Below, one piece after another: positions 17,531-25,623 of a DNA stretch of 64,000 nt (its first letter is position 1; every line of letters starts with the position of its first letter). A model generated the notes under the pieces. It did not search any database. It had not been told where the DNA came from and saw only the letters and a list, made by a program, of their open reading frames with translations. Origin of the DNA: Patescibacteria group bacterium (GTDB taxonomy: Bacteria; Patescibacteriota; Patescibacteriia; JAXHNJ01). The translations under genes were made by a program, and so were the position numbers. The stretch lies in the NCBI GenBank assembly GCA_041649715.1, contig JBAZMP010000003.1, forward strand, positions 100,894 through 164,893, read 5' to 3'.

Positions 17531-17785
17531 ATGAAAAAAGATGTTCATCCAACCTATTATCCGGAGGCTAAGGTAATTTGCGCCTGCGGCCATACTTTTA
17601 AGACCGGCTCGACCCAAAAGGAGATCCGGACGGAAATTTGCTCCACCTGTCATCCTTTCTACACCGGCAAACAAAAAATAATGGACACCGCCGGCCGAGT
17701 GGACCGCTTTAAGAAAATCTTGGAAAAAAAGACGGTTAAGGCCAAAACAACCGCCAAGAAAAAGGGCAAAAGGGGCAAAAAATAA
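17531..17785 (+). CDS. rpmE: 50S ribosomal protein L31
   Basis: [42 protein letters not shown] matches the L31 zinc ribbon. Start moved to the canonical MKKD. Confidence 0.9.
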   Translation: MKKDVHPTYYPEAKVICACGHTFKTGSTQKEIRTEICSTCHPFYTGKQKIMDTAGRVDRFKKILEKKTVKAKTTAKKKGKRGKK

Positions 17786-17833
17786 CCCCCTCCGCGCCTC
17801 CCCCTTTTTTATATAGGGGAATTTTTTTAACCC

Positions 17834-18904
17834 ATGGAAGAAAAAATAAAGCAAATTGAAAAAAGGCACGATGAGCTTGAACGCCAGCTTCAAGATTCAA
17901 ACCTGATCGCTGATCAGAATAATCTTAAAAAAATATCCCGGGAATACAACGATCTGGGAGAAGTTTTGGATAAATACAAGAATTTGCAAGAAGTAAACCA
18001 ATCCTTGGCCGAAACAAAAAATTCCCTCCGTGAGGAAACAGACCAGGAGCTTTTAAATCTGGCCTCGGAAGAACTGCAAAACCTGGAGAAAAAAAAAGTA
18101 GATCTGGAAAAAGAGATCAAGGAGATCATTGAACCCCAGAATCCCTTGGACAAAAAAGACACTCTCATTGAGATCCGGGCCGGCACCGGCGGCGACGAAG
18201 CCGCTCTTTTTGCCGCTGATCTTTTCCGGATGTATCACCGCTTCGCCGAGAAAAAGGGCTGGCAGACCAACCTGATAAACGCCAGCCACACCGGCATCGG
18301 CGGCCTCAAGGAAGCGATTTTTGAGGTGAAAGGCCGGCAGGTCTATTCCCAGTTAAAATTTGAGAGCGGCGTCCACCGAGTCCAGCGGGTGCCGAAAACG
18401 GAAAAATCAGGCCGCATCCACACCTCAGCCGCCACCGTCGCCATAATGCCGGTGGCGGAAGAAGTTGATATTGAATTAAAACCGGAAGATCTAAAGATCG
18501 AGACCTCCACCTCGCGCGGCCACGGCGGACAATCGGTCAATACGACCTATTCCGCTATCCGCCTCACCCATCTGCCGACCGGCCTGATCGTTTCCTGCCA
18601 GGATGAACGCAGCCAGCAGCAGAACCGAATCAAAGCCCTGCAAGTGTTGCGTTCCCGCCTACTCGCGGCCGCCGAAGAAAAACGCCAGAAAGAAGAATCC
18701 CAAAAAAGAAAATCCCAAATCGGCACCGGCGACCGATCGGAAAAAATCCGGACCTACAATTTCTCCCAGAACCGCGTCACCGACCACCGGATCAACAAAA
18801 GCTGGCACAATCTGACGGAAATTCTGGACGGCGATCTTGATGAAATAATCAACTCATTAAAAACTGCCGATGAAACTCCAAGGCCTTCTCCACCAAGCCG
18901 TTAA
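17834..18904 (+). CDS. prfA: Peptide chain release factor 1
   Basis: GGQ motif (RGHGGQSVNTT) and an RF1-type PxT tripeptide (RVPKTE). Confidence 0.9.
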   Translation: MEEKIKQIEKRHDELERQLQDSNLIADQNNLKKISREYNDLGEVLDKYKNLQEVNQSLAETKNSLREETDQELLNLASEELQNLEKKKVDLEKEIKEIIEPQNPLDKKDTLIEIRAGTGGDEAALFAADLFRMYHRFAEKKGWQTNLINASHTGIGGLKEAIFEVKGRQVYSQLKFESGVHRVQRVPKTEKSGRIHTSAATVAIMPVAEEVDIELKPEDLKIETSTSRGHGGQSVNTTYSAIRLTHLPTGLIVSCQDERSQQQNRIKALQVLRSRLLAAAEEKRQKEESQKRKSQIGTGDRSEKIRTYNFSQNRVTDHRINKSWHNLTEILDGDLDEIINSLKTADETPRPSPPSR

Positions 18905-19703
18905 AAAATTAAAAGGCAACAAAATCTCTTCCGCTGACCTTTCCGCGGAAATTTTATTATCGCATATCTTAAAAAAACCGCGCTCCTATCTATATATCTG
19001 GCCGGATAAAACTATAACCAAGAGACAAGAAACAAGATACAAACATATGATTCAACAACGCTTGAAAAACGAGCCGGTCGCTTATTTAATCAATAACAAG
19101 GAATTTTACGGCCTAAATTTTTACGTGGACAAAAACGTCTTGATTCCCCGGCCGGAAACGGAAGTGCTGGTCGATGAAATATTCAAACATATCCGAATCG
19201 CGAATCACGAATCCCGAATCACAATCTGCGACATCGGAACGGGATCAGGCTGTATTGCCATCACGTTAAAAAAATACTTGCCCAAAGCAAAAGTCTACGC
19301 TTCAGATATTTCCAAAAAGGCTTTAGCGGTGGCCAAGAAAAATGCGAGAAAACTTAAAGTAAAAATATTAAATAAGCAAGGCGACCTCCTTAAACCTTTA
19401 AAAAAGATAAAAATTAACATAATCGCCGCCAATCTCCCCTATCTTACCCCTCGCCAAATGAAAGAAGAGTCTATCCAAGCCGAGCCAAAACTGGCCCTTT
19501 CAGGCGGGAAGGATGGCTTAGACTTATATAAAGAATTGCTGAACCAAGTTAAAGAGTATGCGCAAAAACCGCTGATTTTCCTAGAAATTGACCCAAGGCA
19601 GGCGATGAAAATAAGAAGATTAATCAAGAAAAAATTACCCCAGGCAGTGATTGAAATAAAGAAAGATTTATCAGGCAGGAATAGAATAGCAATTATTAGG
19701 TAA
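18870..19703 (+). CDS. prmC: Release factor glutamine N5-methyltransferase (HemK/PrmC)
   Basis: NLPY motif (IAANLPYL), SAM-binding DIGTGSGCIA. Overlaps the prfA 3' end, as is common. Confidence 0.85.
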   Translation: MKLQGLLHQAVKKLKGNKISSADLSAEILLSHILKKPRSYLYIWPDKTITKRQETRYKHMIQQRLKNEPVAYLINNKEFYGLNFYVDKNVLIPRPETEVLVDEIFKHIRIANHESRITICDIGTGSGCIAITLKKYLPKAKVYASDISKKALAVAKKNARKLKVKILNKQGDLLKPLKKIKINIIAANLPYLTPRQMKEESIQAEPKLALSGGKDGLDLYKELLNQVKEYAQKPLIFLEIDPRQAMKIRRLIKKKLPQAVIEIKKDLSGRNRIAIIR

Positions 19704-19835
19704 AATTTCGCAAAAAAGAGAGGTTTGATACACAATTCAAGCCCCTTTTTAATAACTACAAAAATTAATAGTTTTATATCTAATTTTTATCAATTATTTC
19801 GAGTGAGGTTATCGCGGCCCAAAAACACTTCTGTC

Positions 19836-19864
19836 TTGACAAATTCCCAAATATGTGCTAGCAT
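19836..19864 (+). promoter_or_regulatory. Strong sigma-70-like promoter TTGACA-17-TGcTAGCAT at the upstream edge of the GC-rich island
   Basis: 'cttgacaaat' then a 17-nt spacer ending in 'tgc', then 'tagcat'. Nearly the same architecture recurs at 25522-25550. Confidence 0.5.
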
Positions 19865-20011
19865 GGGGAGTTAAAATCAAAAATAAAACCTTTTCATTTT
19901 CAACCCCCAAATACGAAAAGGAGTGTAAATTTGGGGAAAAAGTCGTGTTGTTTGACAACCGAATACACTGTTTATCTTATCCCGACACCTCAAGAAAGGA
20001 GTAGGGAGAAT

Positions 20012-20302
20012 GTGAAGACGAAAACACGGGATGCGCCGATCAAAGTCCGGGTCGGGGCCGTGGAACAAAAGGGCGAGCACGGGGTGCCGTTCCTGGTTAC
20101 CTGGCCAACGAGCCCGACTTTGAAAGATTTAGGCAGTATCACGATCGAGCAGACAGCCGAGACCCTGCTAGGTGAACCCCCCTGTACGGGTGGCGAATAC
20201 CTAGTGGCTTTTGGTGTCTACCAGAAGGAAAAGGGTTGGCGTGCTCAAAAAGCCCGCCGATTCCGTCCGGATGATTTCAGAAATCCTGACATCATCCAGT
20301 AA
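20012..20302 (+). CDS. Hypothetical small protein (first gene of GC-rich island)
   Basis: GTG start preceded by 'aaggag' about 10 nt upstream. About 96 aa (VKTKTRDAPIKVRVGAVEQKGEHGVPFLVTW..). G+C-rich. Confidence 0.45.
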   Translation: MKTKTRDAPIKVRVGAVEQKGEHGVPFLVTWPTSPTLKDLGSITIEQTAETLLGEPPCTGGEYLVAFGVYQKEKGWRAQKARRFRPDDFRNPDIIQ

Positions 20303-20356
20303 AAGCATCGAGCATGTAGAACATGAGCATGTAGCACTCAGAAAGGATCGGCTACA

Positions 20357-21067
20357 ATGGCCAAGAAATCAATAAGGGGTTTGTTTGTCAAGACTGACGG
20401 ACAAGCTCCCAGACCCGGGTCCCCTTCCGGAAGTGCTTGGGCTCCGCCGGCTGGAACAGGTTTTGTCCCCGGCTCAGCTCCCAAGTCATATCTGGATACC
20501 GGCCCCCGGCGCGGTCAATCAAGCGGGAACGCGACCGCGGTAACTTCTACCGCCGTCGACACGCAGTTTACGGCCGAGATCGAGGAACAGCTCCGGACCG
20601 TGCCGACTCCCAAGGGTTTCGACATGTTCCTGGGCGCCCTCGAAAACTTGACCCAGTTCATCCCCGACGAAGGAAACCGCTTCAAGGCGGCGATGGTAAC
20701 GGCGGCCGCCAGCGGGCTGACGCCGGCACAAATCGTCGAGGCCCTGGAAGCGCAGCTGGCAGCCCTGGAAAAAATCCTGGCGACCTTCCAGAGCGATCTG
20801 GAAACGGAAGCCAACGAGTCGATCGCCGAACGCGAGTCGCAGCTAAAAACGCTGGCGACCCAGATCGGCGACCTCCAGCGGCAGCTGGCCGACATACAGA
20901 GAGAAATGCAGAAACTCTCTGACGATCAGAGAAGACTACAGGATGAAAACGCCCAGGTCGAGCAGCGTAAAAGCTTGGTAACCAACCGTTACTCAAGCGC
21001 GCACGCGGCCAAACTGGGCAAAACCCAAGAGCTGCTTTCAAAGGTACAGCGGTACCTCGGGCAGTAG
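20357..21067 (+). CDS. Hypothetical protein: Pro/Gly/Ser-rich disordered N-terminus plus helical/coiled-coil C-terminal half
   Basis: 236 aa. RBS 'aggatcgg' upstream. The C-terminal half has heptad-like text (LEAQLAALEKILATFQSDLE..LQRQLADIQREMQKLSDDQRRLQDENAQVEQ). Confidence 0.55.
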   Translation: MAKKSIRGLFVKTDGQAPRPGSPSGSAWAPPAGTGFVPGSAPKSYLDTGPRRGQSSGNATAVTSTAVDTQFTAEIEEQLRTVPTPKGFDMFLGALENLTQFIPDEGNRFKAAMVTAAASGLTPAQIVEALEAQLAALEKILATFQSDLETEANESIAERESQLKTLATQIGDLQRQLADIQREMQKLSDDQRRLQDENAQVEQRKSLVTNRYSSAHAAKLGKTQELLSKVQRYLGQ

Positions 21068-21081
21068 GAAAGAGGAACGAA

Positions 21082-22185
21082 ATGGTAGAGACACCCTCTT
21101 TGCCGCAGCTCAAGGGCTTCGGCAATGACATGCTTTCAAGCAAGGAGAAGACAATCGGAGCGATTGTCACTATCCTGCTGATTGGCGCCGCGCTGCTCGG
21201 GCTTAATGCCCTTCTTCCCGGCATCAATCATTTTCTCTCGGGTCTGCTGGCCGCGGTCGGCAAGCTCGTGATGCTTGCCATCTCCCTGGCCGGCCTAGCC
21301 TTGTTCCTGGCCGTCGCCATGAACAAGCGGACCCACACGCTTCTCAAGCTGGGGTTCTACTGGCTGGCGCGCAAGACCACGATGGCCTTCGTCAGGTACG
21401 GCCCGACCACCATCATTGAGATCTACAACGATCACCTGACCGCAAAAGCTCAGAAGTTCGGCGAGAAAAAGATGGTCGTGGATTCCAAGCGGGAGGTCGT
21501 GGCGCGCACCATTGAAGAGAACCAGGCTTCGATCAACGAGAGCCAGGCGAACGCCAAAACTCTCAAATCCCGGCACTTCGACGACAAACAGAGAAGGTGG
21601 GATTCGATCGAACACAAGAATCTCTTCATGGAGTACAGCTCGAACATCAGCTTCCGCGAGGCCTCCAACGTGAATCTGCGCAAGCAGCTTATCAGGCTGG
21701 AATACTATCTCCAGATCCTGGAGAAGTTCCAGCAGGCGTTCAATCACCGCCGTAACGTGATCAAGAACTTCTGCAAGATCCTAAACACGGAGTACGAAGC
21801 CATGAAGGCGGCCGCGGAGGGAACTCACGAACTCTCGGCGCTCTTCGGCACCGACGACCTAAAGCAGGTCTTCGACATGACCATCGACTTCATGAGAGAG
21901 CGGATCGCTTTCTTCACGAGCGAGGTCGACACCTTTATGAGCGAGAACCTGCCGGTCGTCACCGAGCTCGACCTGCAGAACGAAGTGGCGGAAGACCAGC
22001 TTCTCGCCAGACTGACGGACATGGACAAGAAAGCCGATCACCTGATCGACCAGGCCGCCCAAGATGAGGTGGCCCTGACCGATATCCGGGGATTGGCAAC
22101 GTTGGTCAAGTCCAACCAGGCAACCGCGGCCACCCAAACGACGCCCTCTTCAACAAGAAGGCATCGCTACCTGGGCGGAAACTAA
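21082..22185 (+). CDS. Hypothetical membrane protein (2-3 N-terminal TM helices, long cytoplasmic helical domain)
   Basis: 367 aa. TM segments IGAIVTILLIGAALLGL / LSGLLAAVGKLVMLAISLAGLALFLAV. The remainder is predicted helical. Starts 15 bp after the previous stop, so it is probably co-transcribed. Confidence 0.55.
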   Translation: MVETPSLPQLKGFGNDMLSSKEKTIGAIVTILLIGAALLGLNALLPGINHFLSGLLAAVGKLVMLAISLAGLALFLAVAMNKRTHTLLKLGFYWLARKTTMAFVRYGPTTIIEIYNDHLTAKAQKFGEKKMVVDSKREVVARTIEENQASINESQANAKTLKSRHFDDKQRRWDSIEHKNLFMEYSSNISFREASNVNLRKQLIRLEYYLQILEKFQQAFNHRRNVIKNFCKILNTEYEAMKAAAEGTHELSALFGTDDLKQVFDMTIDFMRERIAFFTSEVDTFMSENLPVVTELDLQNEVAEDQLLARLTDMDKKADHLIDQAAQDEVALTDIRGLATLVKSNQATAATQTTPSSTRRHRYLGGN

Positions 22186-22238
22186 TAAGTCTCTCATTTT
22201 CCCAATTCTCAACCAGAAAAGTCAGTAAAGGAGTAGTC

Positions 22239-23717
22239 ATGAAAAACCTTACTCTTCTCTCGAAGGTCCTGATCGGAGTCGTGATCCTCGCAATCGTCGG
22301 TTCCCTCCTGTGGTTCAGCGGCATCCTCAACAAGGAGCGGCCGCTGCGGGTCAGCGTGGTCACCTGGGGTGGCTATGCCGGGGGACAGCTTTGGAACGAA
22401 GGTTTCAAAGCCAGCGAGGAAAGCCGCTTCCTTAAGGAATACGGCGTTCCCGTCGAGTTCGTCCTGAACGATGATATCGAAAGCAGCTTGAAGGCTTGGG
22501 AAGCCGGCGAAGTTGACGCTCACTGGTGGACCGCCGACGTATTTTCGACGGTCGCTGATGAGCTAGCCGCTTACAATCCCAAGGTCTTCATGCAGGCTGA
22601 CTGGTCCAGAGGCGGCGACGCCATCGTGGTCGTTCGCGGCATCAATTCCGTGAACGATCTGCGAGGCCGGAAAATCGCCGTCGCTTTCAAGACCCCCAGT
22701 CACAGCTTTCTGCTTTGGGCCCTTGAATCCGCGGGCATGACCCCGAACGACGTCCAGATCGTGGAAGTCGCTTCCGCCATCGACGCGGCGGCGGCATTCA
22801 AAGCTGGACAAGTCGATGCGGCTGTTGTTTGGGCACCGGATGATCAAGGCTGTGTCGATGCGGTACCCGGCTCAACAATCTTGGCCAACACCAAGGATGC
22901 CAAGTACATCATCAGCGACGTCTTCTTCGCGAAAGAAGAAGTCCTCGTCGCCCGCCATGACGATTTTGTTTCCCTGGCGGAAGGCTGGCTCAAAGGCAGC
23001 GCGTTGATCAACACCGATCCGACGGCCAAGAACAGAGCGGCTGAAATCCTCTCAACTGGATTGAGCGTATCGGTAGATTACGCTCTCGGAGCCATCAACA
23101 ATGTTCGCCTCACCACTCTGGGAGACAACATCAACTTCTTCAACATCAATGGCAACTACCAGGGCGTCAAGGGCGAAGACATTTATACCAAGACGGGAAG
23201 AATGTACCAAAAGTACGGCATCATCAAGGGAAGCTTTCCGGATTGGCGCTCTGTCGTCGATCTTTCAATCGTGAAGGAAGTCATCGAAAGAGGCAAGCTG
23301 ACGGGCAATATGAACGCGGCTGAAGCGGCCACGACCTTCGAGCGGCCGACCGAAAAGATGGCCTCCGCCCCGGCCATGGCGACCAAACGCGTGACGATCA
23401 ACTTCGCCACCAACGTTTACGCCTTGGACGAAAACGCCATGCGCATCCTTGACCTGCAAGCGGCTGACGCTCTGCGGTTCATGGGCGGCGTACGCGTCCG
23501 TATCACTGGCAACACCGATAATGTCGGCGATTACCAGATGAACATGAACCTGTCCCAGAAGCGGGCCGAAGCGGTCGCCGATTACCTGGCGAGAACCTAC
23601 AAGTTCGACCGCAACCGGTTCGTCATCGTGGGCAAGGGTCCGGACAATCCGGTCGCCTCAAATGAGACGCCGGACGGCCGGGCAAAGAACCGTCGCACGG
23701 ATATCGAACTCTTCTAG
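22239..23717 (+). CDS. Membrane-anchored NMT1/SsuA-type ABC substrate-binding protein fused to a C-terminal OmpA-like domain
   Basis: N-terminal anchor (LLSKVLIGVVILAIVGSLLWF). Central domain resembles nitrate/sulfonate/taurine-type binding proteins. The C-terminus carries an OmpA-C-like segment (NTDNVGDYQMNMNLSQKRAEAVADYL..GKGPDNPVASNETPDGRAKNRRTDIELF). Confidence 0.6.
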   Translation: MKNLTLLSKVLIGVVILAIVGSLLWFSGILNKERPLRVSVVTWGGYAGGQLWNEGFKASEESRFLKEYGVPVEFVLNDDIESSLKAWEAGEVDAHWWTADVFSTVADELAAYNPKVFMQADWSRGGDAIVVVRGINSVNDLRGRKIAVAFKTPSHSFLLWALESAGMTPNDVQIVEVASAIDAAAAFKAGQVDAAVVWAPDDQGCVDAVPGSTILANTKDAKYIISDVFFAKEEVLVARHDDFVSLAEGWLKGSALINTDPTAKNRAAEILSTGLSVSVDYALGAINNVRLTTLGDNINFFNINGNYQGVKGEDIYTKTGRMYQKYGIIKGSFPDWRSVVDLSIVKEVIERGKLTGNMNAAEAATTFERPTEKMASAPAMATKRVTINFATNVYALDENAMRILDLQAADALRFMGGVRVRITGNTDNVGDYQMNMNLSQKRAEAVADYLARTYKFDRNRFVIVGKGPDNPVASNETPDGRAKNRRTDIELF

Positions 23718-23814
23718 GGCCACGGCCTGAAAGATAGTTTGGTATCATACCGCCAAAGGGGCGGGAGTCAACTGATTCCCGCCCCTCTCATCAACCTCCT
23801 GGGAAGGAGAACGA

Positions 23815-24612
23815 ATGCATAACAATGGAGACCTGTTTTGCCTCCGAGGCAAACTGCCGCCGAAAACTCGAATGGTAATCGAGCTCGCCGGCCTGGTCAT
23901 CATTCTCCTTGTCTGGTGGGCGGTCGTCGCGACTGGTCTGGTCAAGCCGAAAATGCTGCCTTCACCGATTTCCGTCGTTACCTGCTTCGGTGAACTGGTG
24001 AAGCAAAATCACTTGGTCGGAAACCTGCTCTTCTCGTTGATGCTCAACATCCTGGGGTATATTGAGGCCATCCTGATCGCTGTACCGCTTGGTTTTCTGA
24101 TCGGCCTCCAGCCTATCCCGCGAGCCCTGAGTGAAAGATACATCACCGCCGGACGGTTCCTGCCGCTTTCGGCCGTGGTCGGTCTGTTCATTATGTGGTT
24201 CGGGATGTACACCAACATGAAAGTGCAGTTTCTGAGCTTAGGCATCGTTGTCTATCTCCTGCCGATGGTCATCCAGAGAGTCGACGAGGTCGATCAGATC
24301 TATTTCGACACCGTCAAGACTCTGGGCGCCAGCAAATGGCAGGCCGTGACGAGCGTTTTTATCCCGGGTGCGCTCTCCAAGATCTCTGACGACATCCGGG
24401 TCATCGTCGCCATAAGTTGGACCTATATCATCATCGCTGAGGTGGTGAACAGGACCCAAGGCGGCATCGGAGCGCTGTGTTACGGCGTCAGTCGCGCTAG
24501 CCGTCCGGACAAAGTATTCGCCATTTTGGCTATAATCATCCTGATCGGGATCGTCCAGGACAAATTCTTTCTTTTCCTGGACAAGAAACTCCTCAAGCAC
24601 AAGTACGTCTGA
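23815..24612 (+). CDS. ABC transporter permease (NitT/TauT family, SsuC/TauC-like)
   Basis: Six TM helices. Region resembling the EAA loop (..LGASKWQAVTSVFIPGALSKISDDIRV..). RBS 'ggaaggag' upstream. Confidence 0.7.
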   Translation: MHNNGDLFCLRGKLPPKTRMVIELAGLVIILLVWWAVVATGLVKPKMLPSPISVVTCFGELVKQNHLVGNLLFSLMLNILGYIEAILIAVPLGFLIGLQPIPRALSERYITAGRFLPLSAVVGLFIMWFGMYTNMKVQFLSLGIVVYLLPMVIQRVDEVDQIYFDTVKTLGASKWQAVTSVFIPGALSKISDDIRVIVAISWTYIIIAEVVNRTQGGIGALCYGVSRASRPDKVFAILAIIILIGIVQDKFFLFLDKKLLKHKYV

Positions 24613-24630
24613 ACAAAGGAGGTTTGAAAG

Positions 24631-25446
24631 ATGCCGACGCTACTCCCAGTCGTCTTCGAAAATACAAACCTCCCGGACGTCATCGAGCTGCGCAACATTT
24701 GCCAGACGTACGACGGAGGAAAGGCTTGGGTCTTACAGTATGTCAACCTCCTGATCGAGGACATCCCCGACCAGGGACAGTTCGTGGTCATACTCGGACC
24801 CTCAGGCTGCGGCAAATCAACGCTTCTGAAATATATTGCCGGCCTGCAAAAACCGACCAGTGGGGAAGTGCTGATCAGCGGAAAGGTCCGTACCGATGAC
24901 GTCGTCGTCGGCATGGTCTTCCAGCAGTACTCCTCCCTGCCCTGGTTCACGGTACTTGAGAACGTCATGCTGGGGCTAAGGTTTCAGAACGTGCCGGAGA
25001 AGGAAGCCCGGGAAAAAGCGATGCAAATGCTCGAAGTCGTCGGACTGGCCTGCGAGGCGAACAAATTCGCCAAAAGCACCCAGCTTTCCGGCGGCCAGAT
25101 GCAGCGCGTCGCCATCGCCCGCAGCTTGATCTCCAACCCCGGCATTATCCTGATGGACGAGCCGTTCGGCGCCCTGGACATCAACACCAGGCACCAGATG
25201 CAGCTCCTCCTCTGCGATATCTGGGAAAAGCTGCAGTCAACCATCATCTTCGTCACCCATGATATCAACGAAGCCGTGTTCCTGGCTGACGATATCTATG
25301 TGATGACGAAGAACCCCGGTTACATCTGCAAGCACTGGATAATTGACCTGCCCAAGCATCGTGACCGGTCAACCAAGCGTGACCCGCGGTTCATCGAACT
25401 CGCCAACGAGATCGATGATTACATGCAGAACTTACGCATCAAATAG
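24631..25446 (+). CDS. ABC transporter ATP-binding protein (NitT/TauT family)
   Basis: Walker A GPSGCGKST, signature LSGGQMQRVAIARSL, Walker B ILMDEPFGALD, H-loop VTHD. Confidence 0.85.
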   Translation: MPTLLPVVFENTNLPDVIELRNICQTYDGGKAWVLQYVNLLIEDIPDQGQFVVILGPSGCGKSTLLKYIAGLQKPTSGEVLISGKVRTDDVVVGMVFQQYSSLPWFTVLENVMLGLRFQNVPEKEAREKAMQMLEVVGLACEANKFAKSTQLSGGQMQRVAIARSLISNPGIILMDEPFGALDINTRHQMQLLLCDIWEKLQSTIIFVTHDINEAVFLADDIYVMTKNPGYICKHWIIDLPKHRDRSTKRDPRFIELANEIDDYMQNLRIK

Positions 25447-25468
25447 CTCATTTTTCATTCGCACATAA

Positions 25469-25500
25469 GGCTGACCCCTCAAAAGGTCAGCCTTTTTCTT
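25469..25500 (+). terminator. Rho-independent terminator after the ABC ATPase gene
   Basis: Stem ggctgacc/ggtcagcc followed by 'tttttctttt'. Confidence 0.6.
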
Positions 25501-25521
25501 TTGCCCAAATTCCTAAAATCC

Positions 25522-25550
25522 TTGACAAATAAATAATTTCGTGCTAATAT
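25522..25550 (+). promoter_or_regulatory. Strong sigma-70-like promoter TTGACA-17-TGcTAATAT for the AAA+ ATPase gene
   Basis: 'cttgacaaat'..'gtgctaatatg'. Same architecture as 19836-19864 and 33648-33676. Confidence 0.5.
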
Positions 25551-25623
25551 GTTGGGTTAATTTGCACCTTGTAATTTTGATATTTTTCACAGAGGCATTG
25601 AAAAAAAGAAAGGCAGGCACAGA

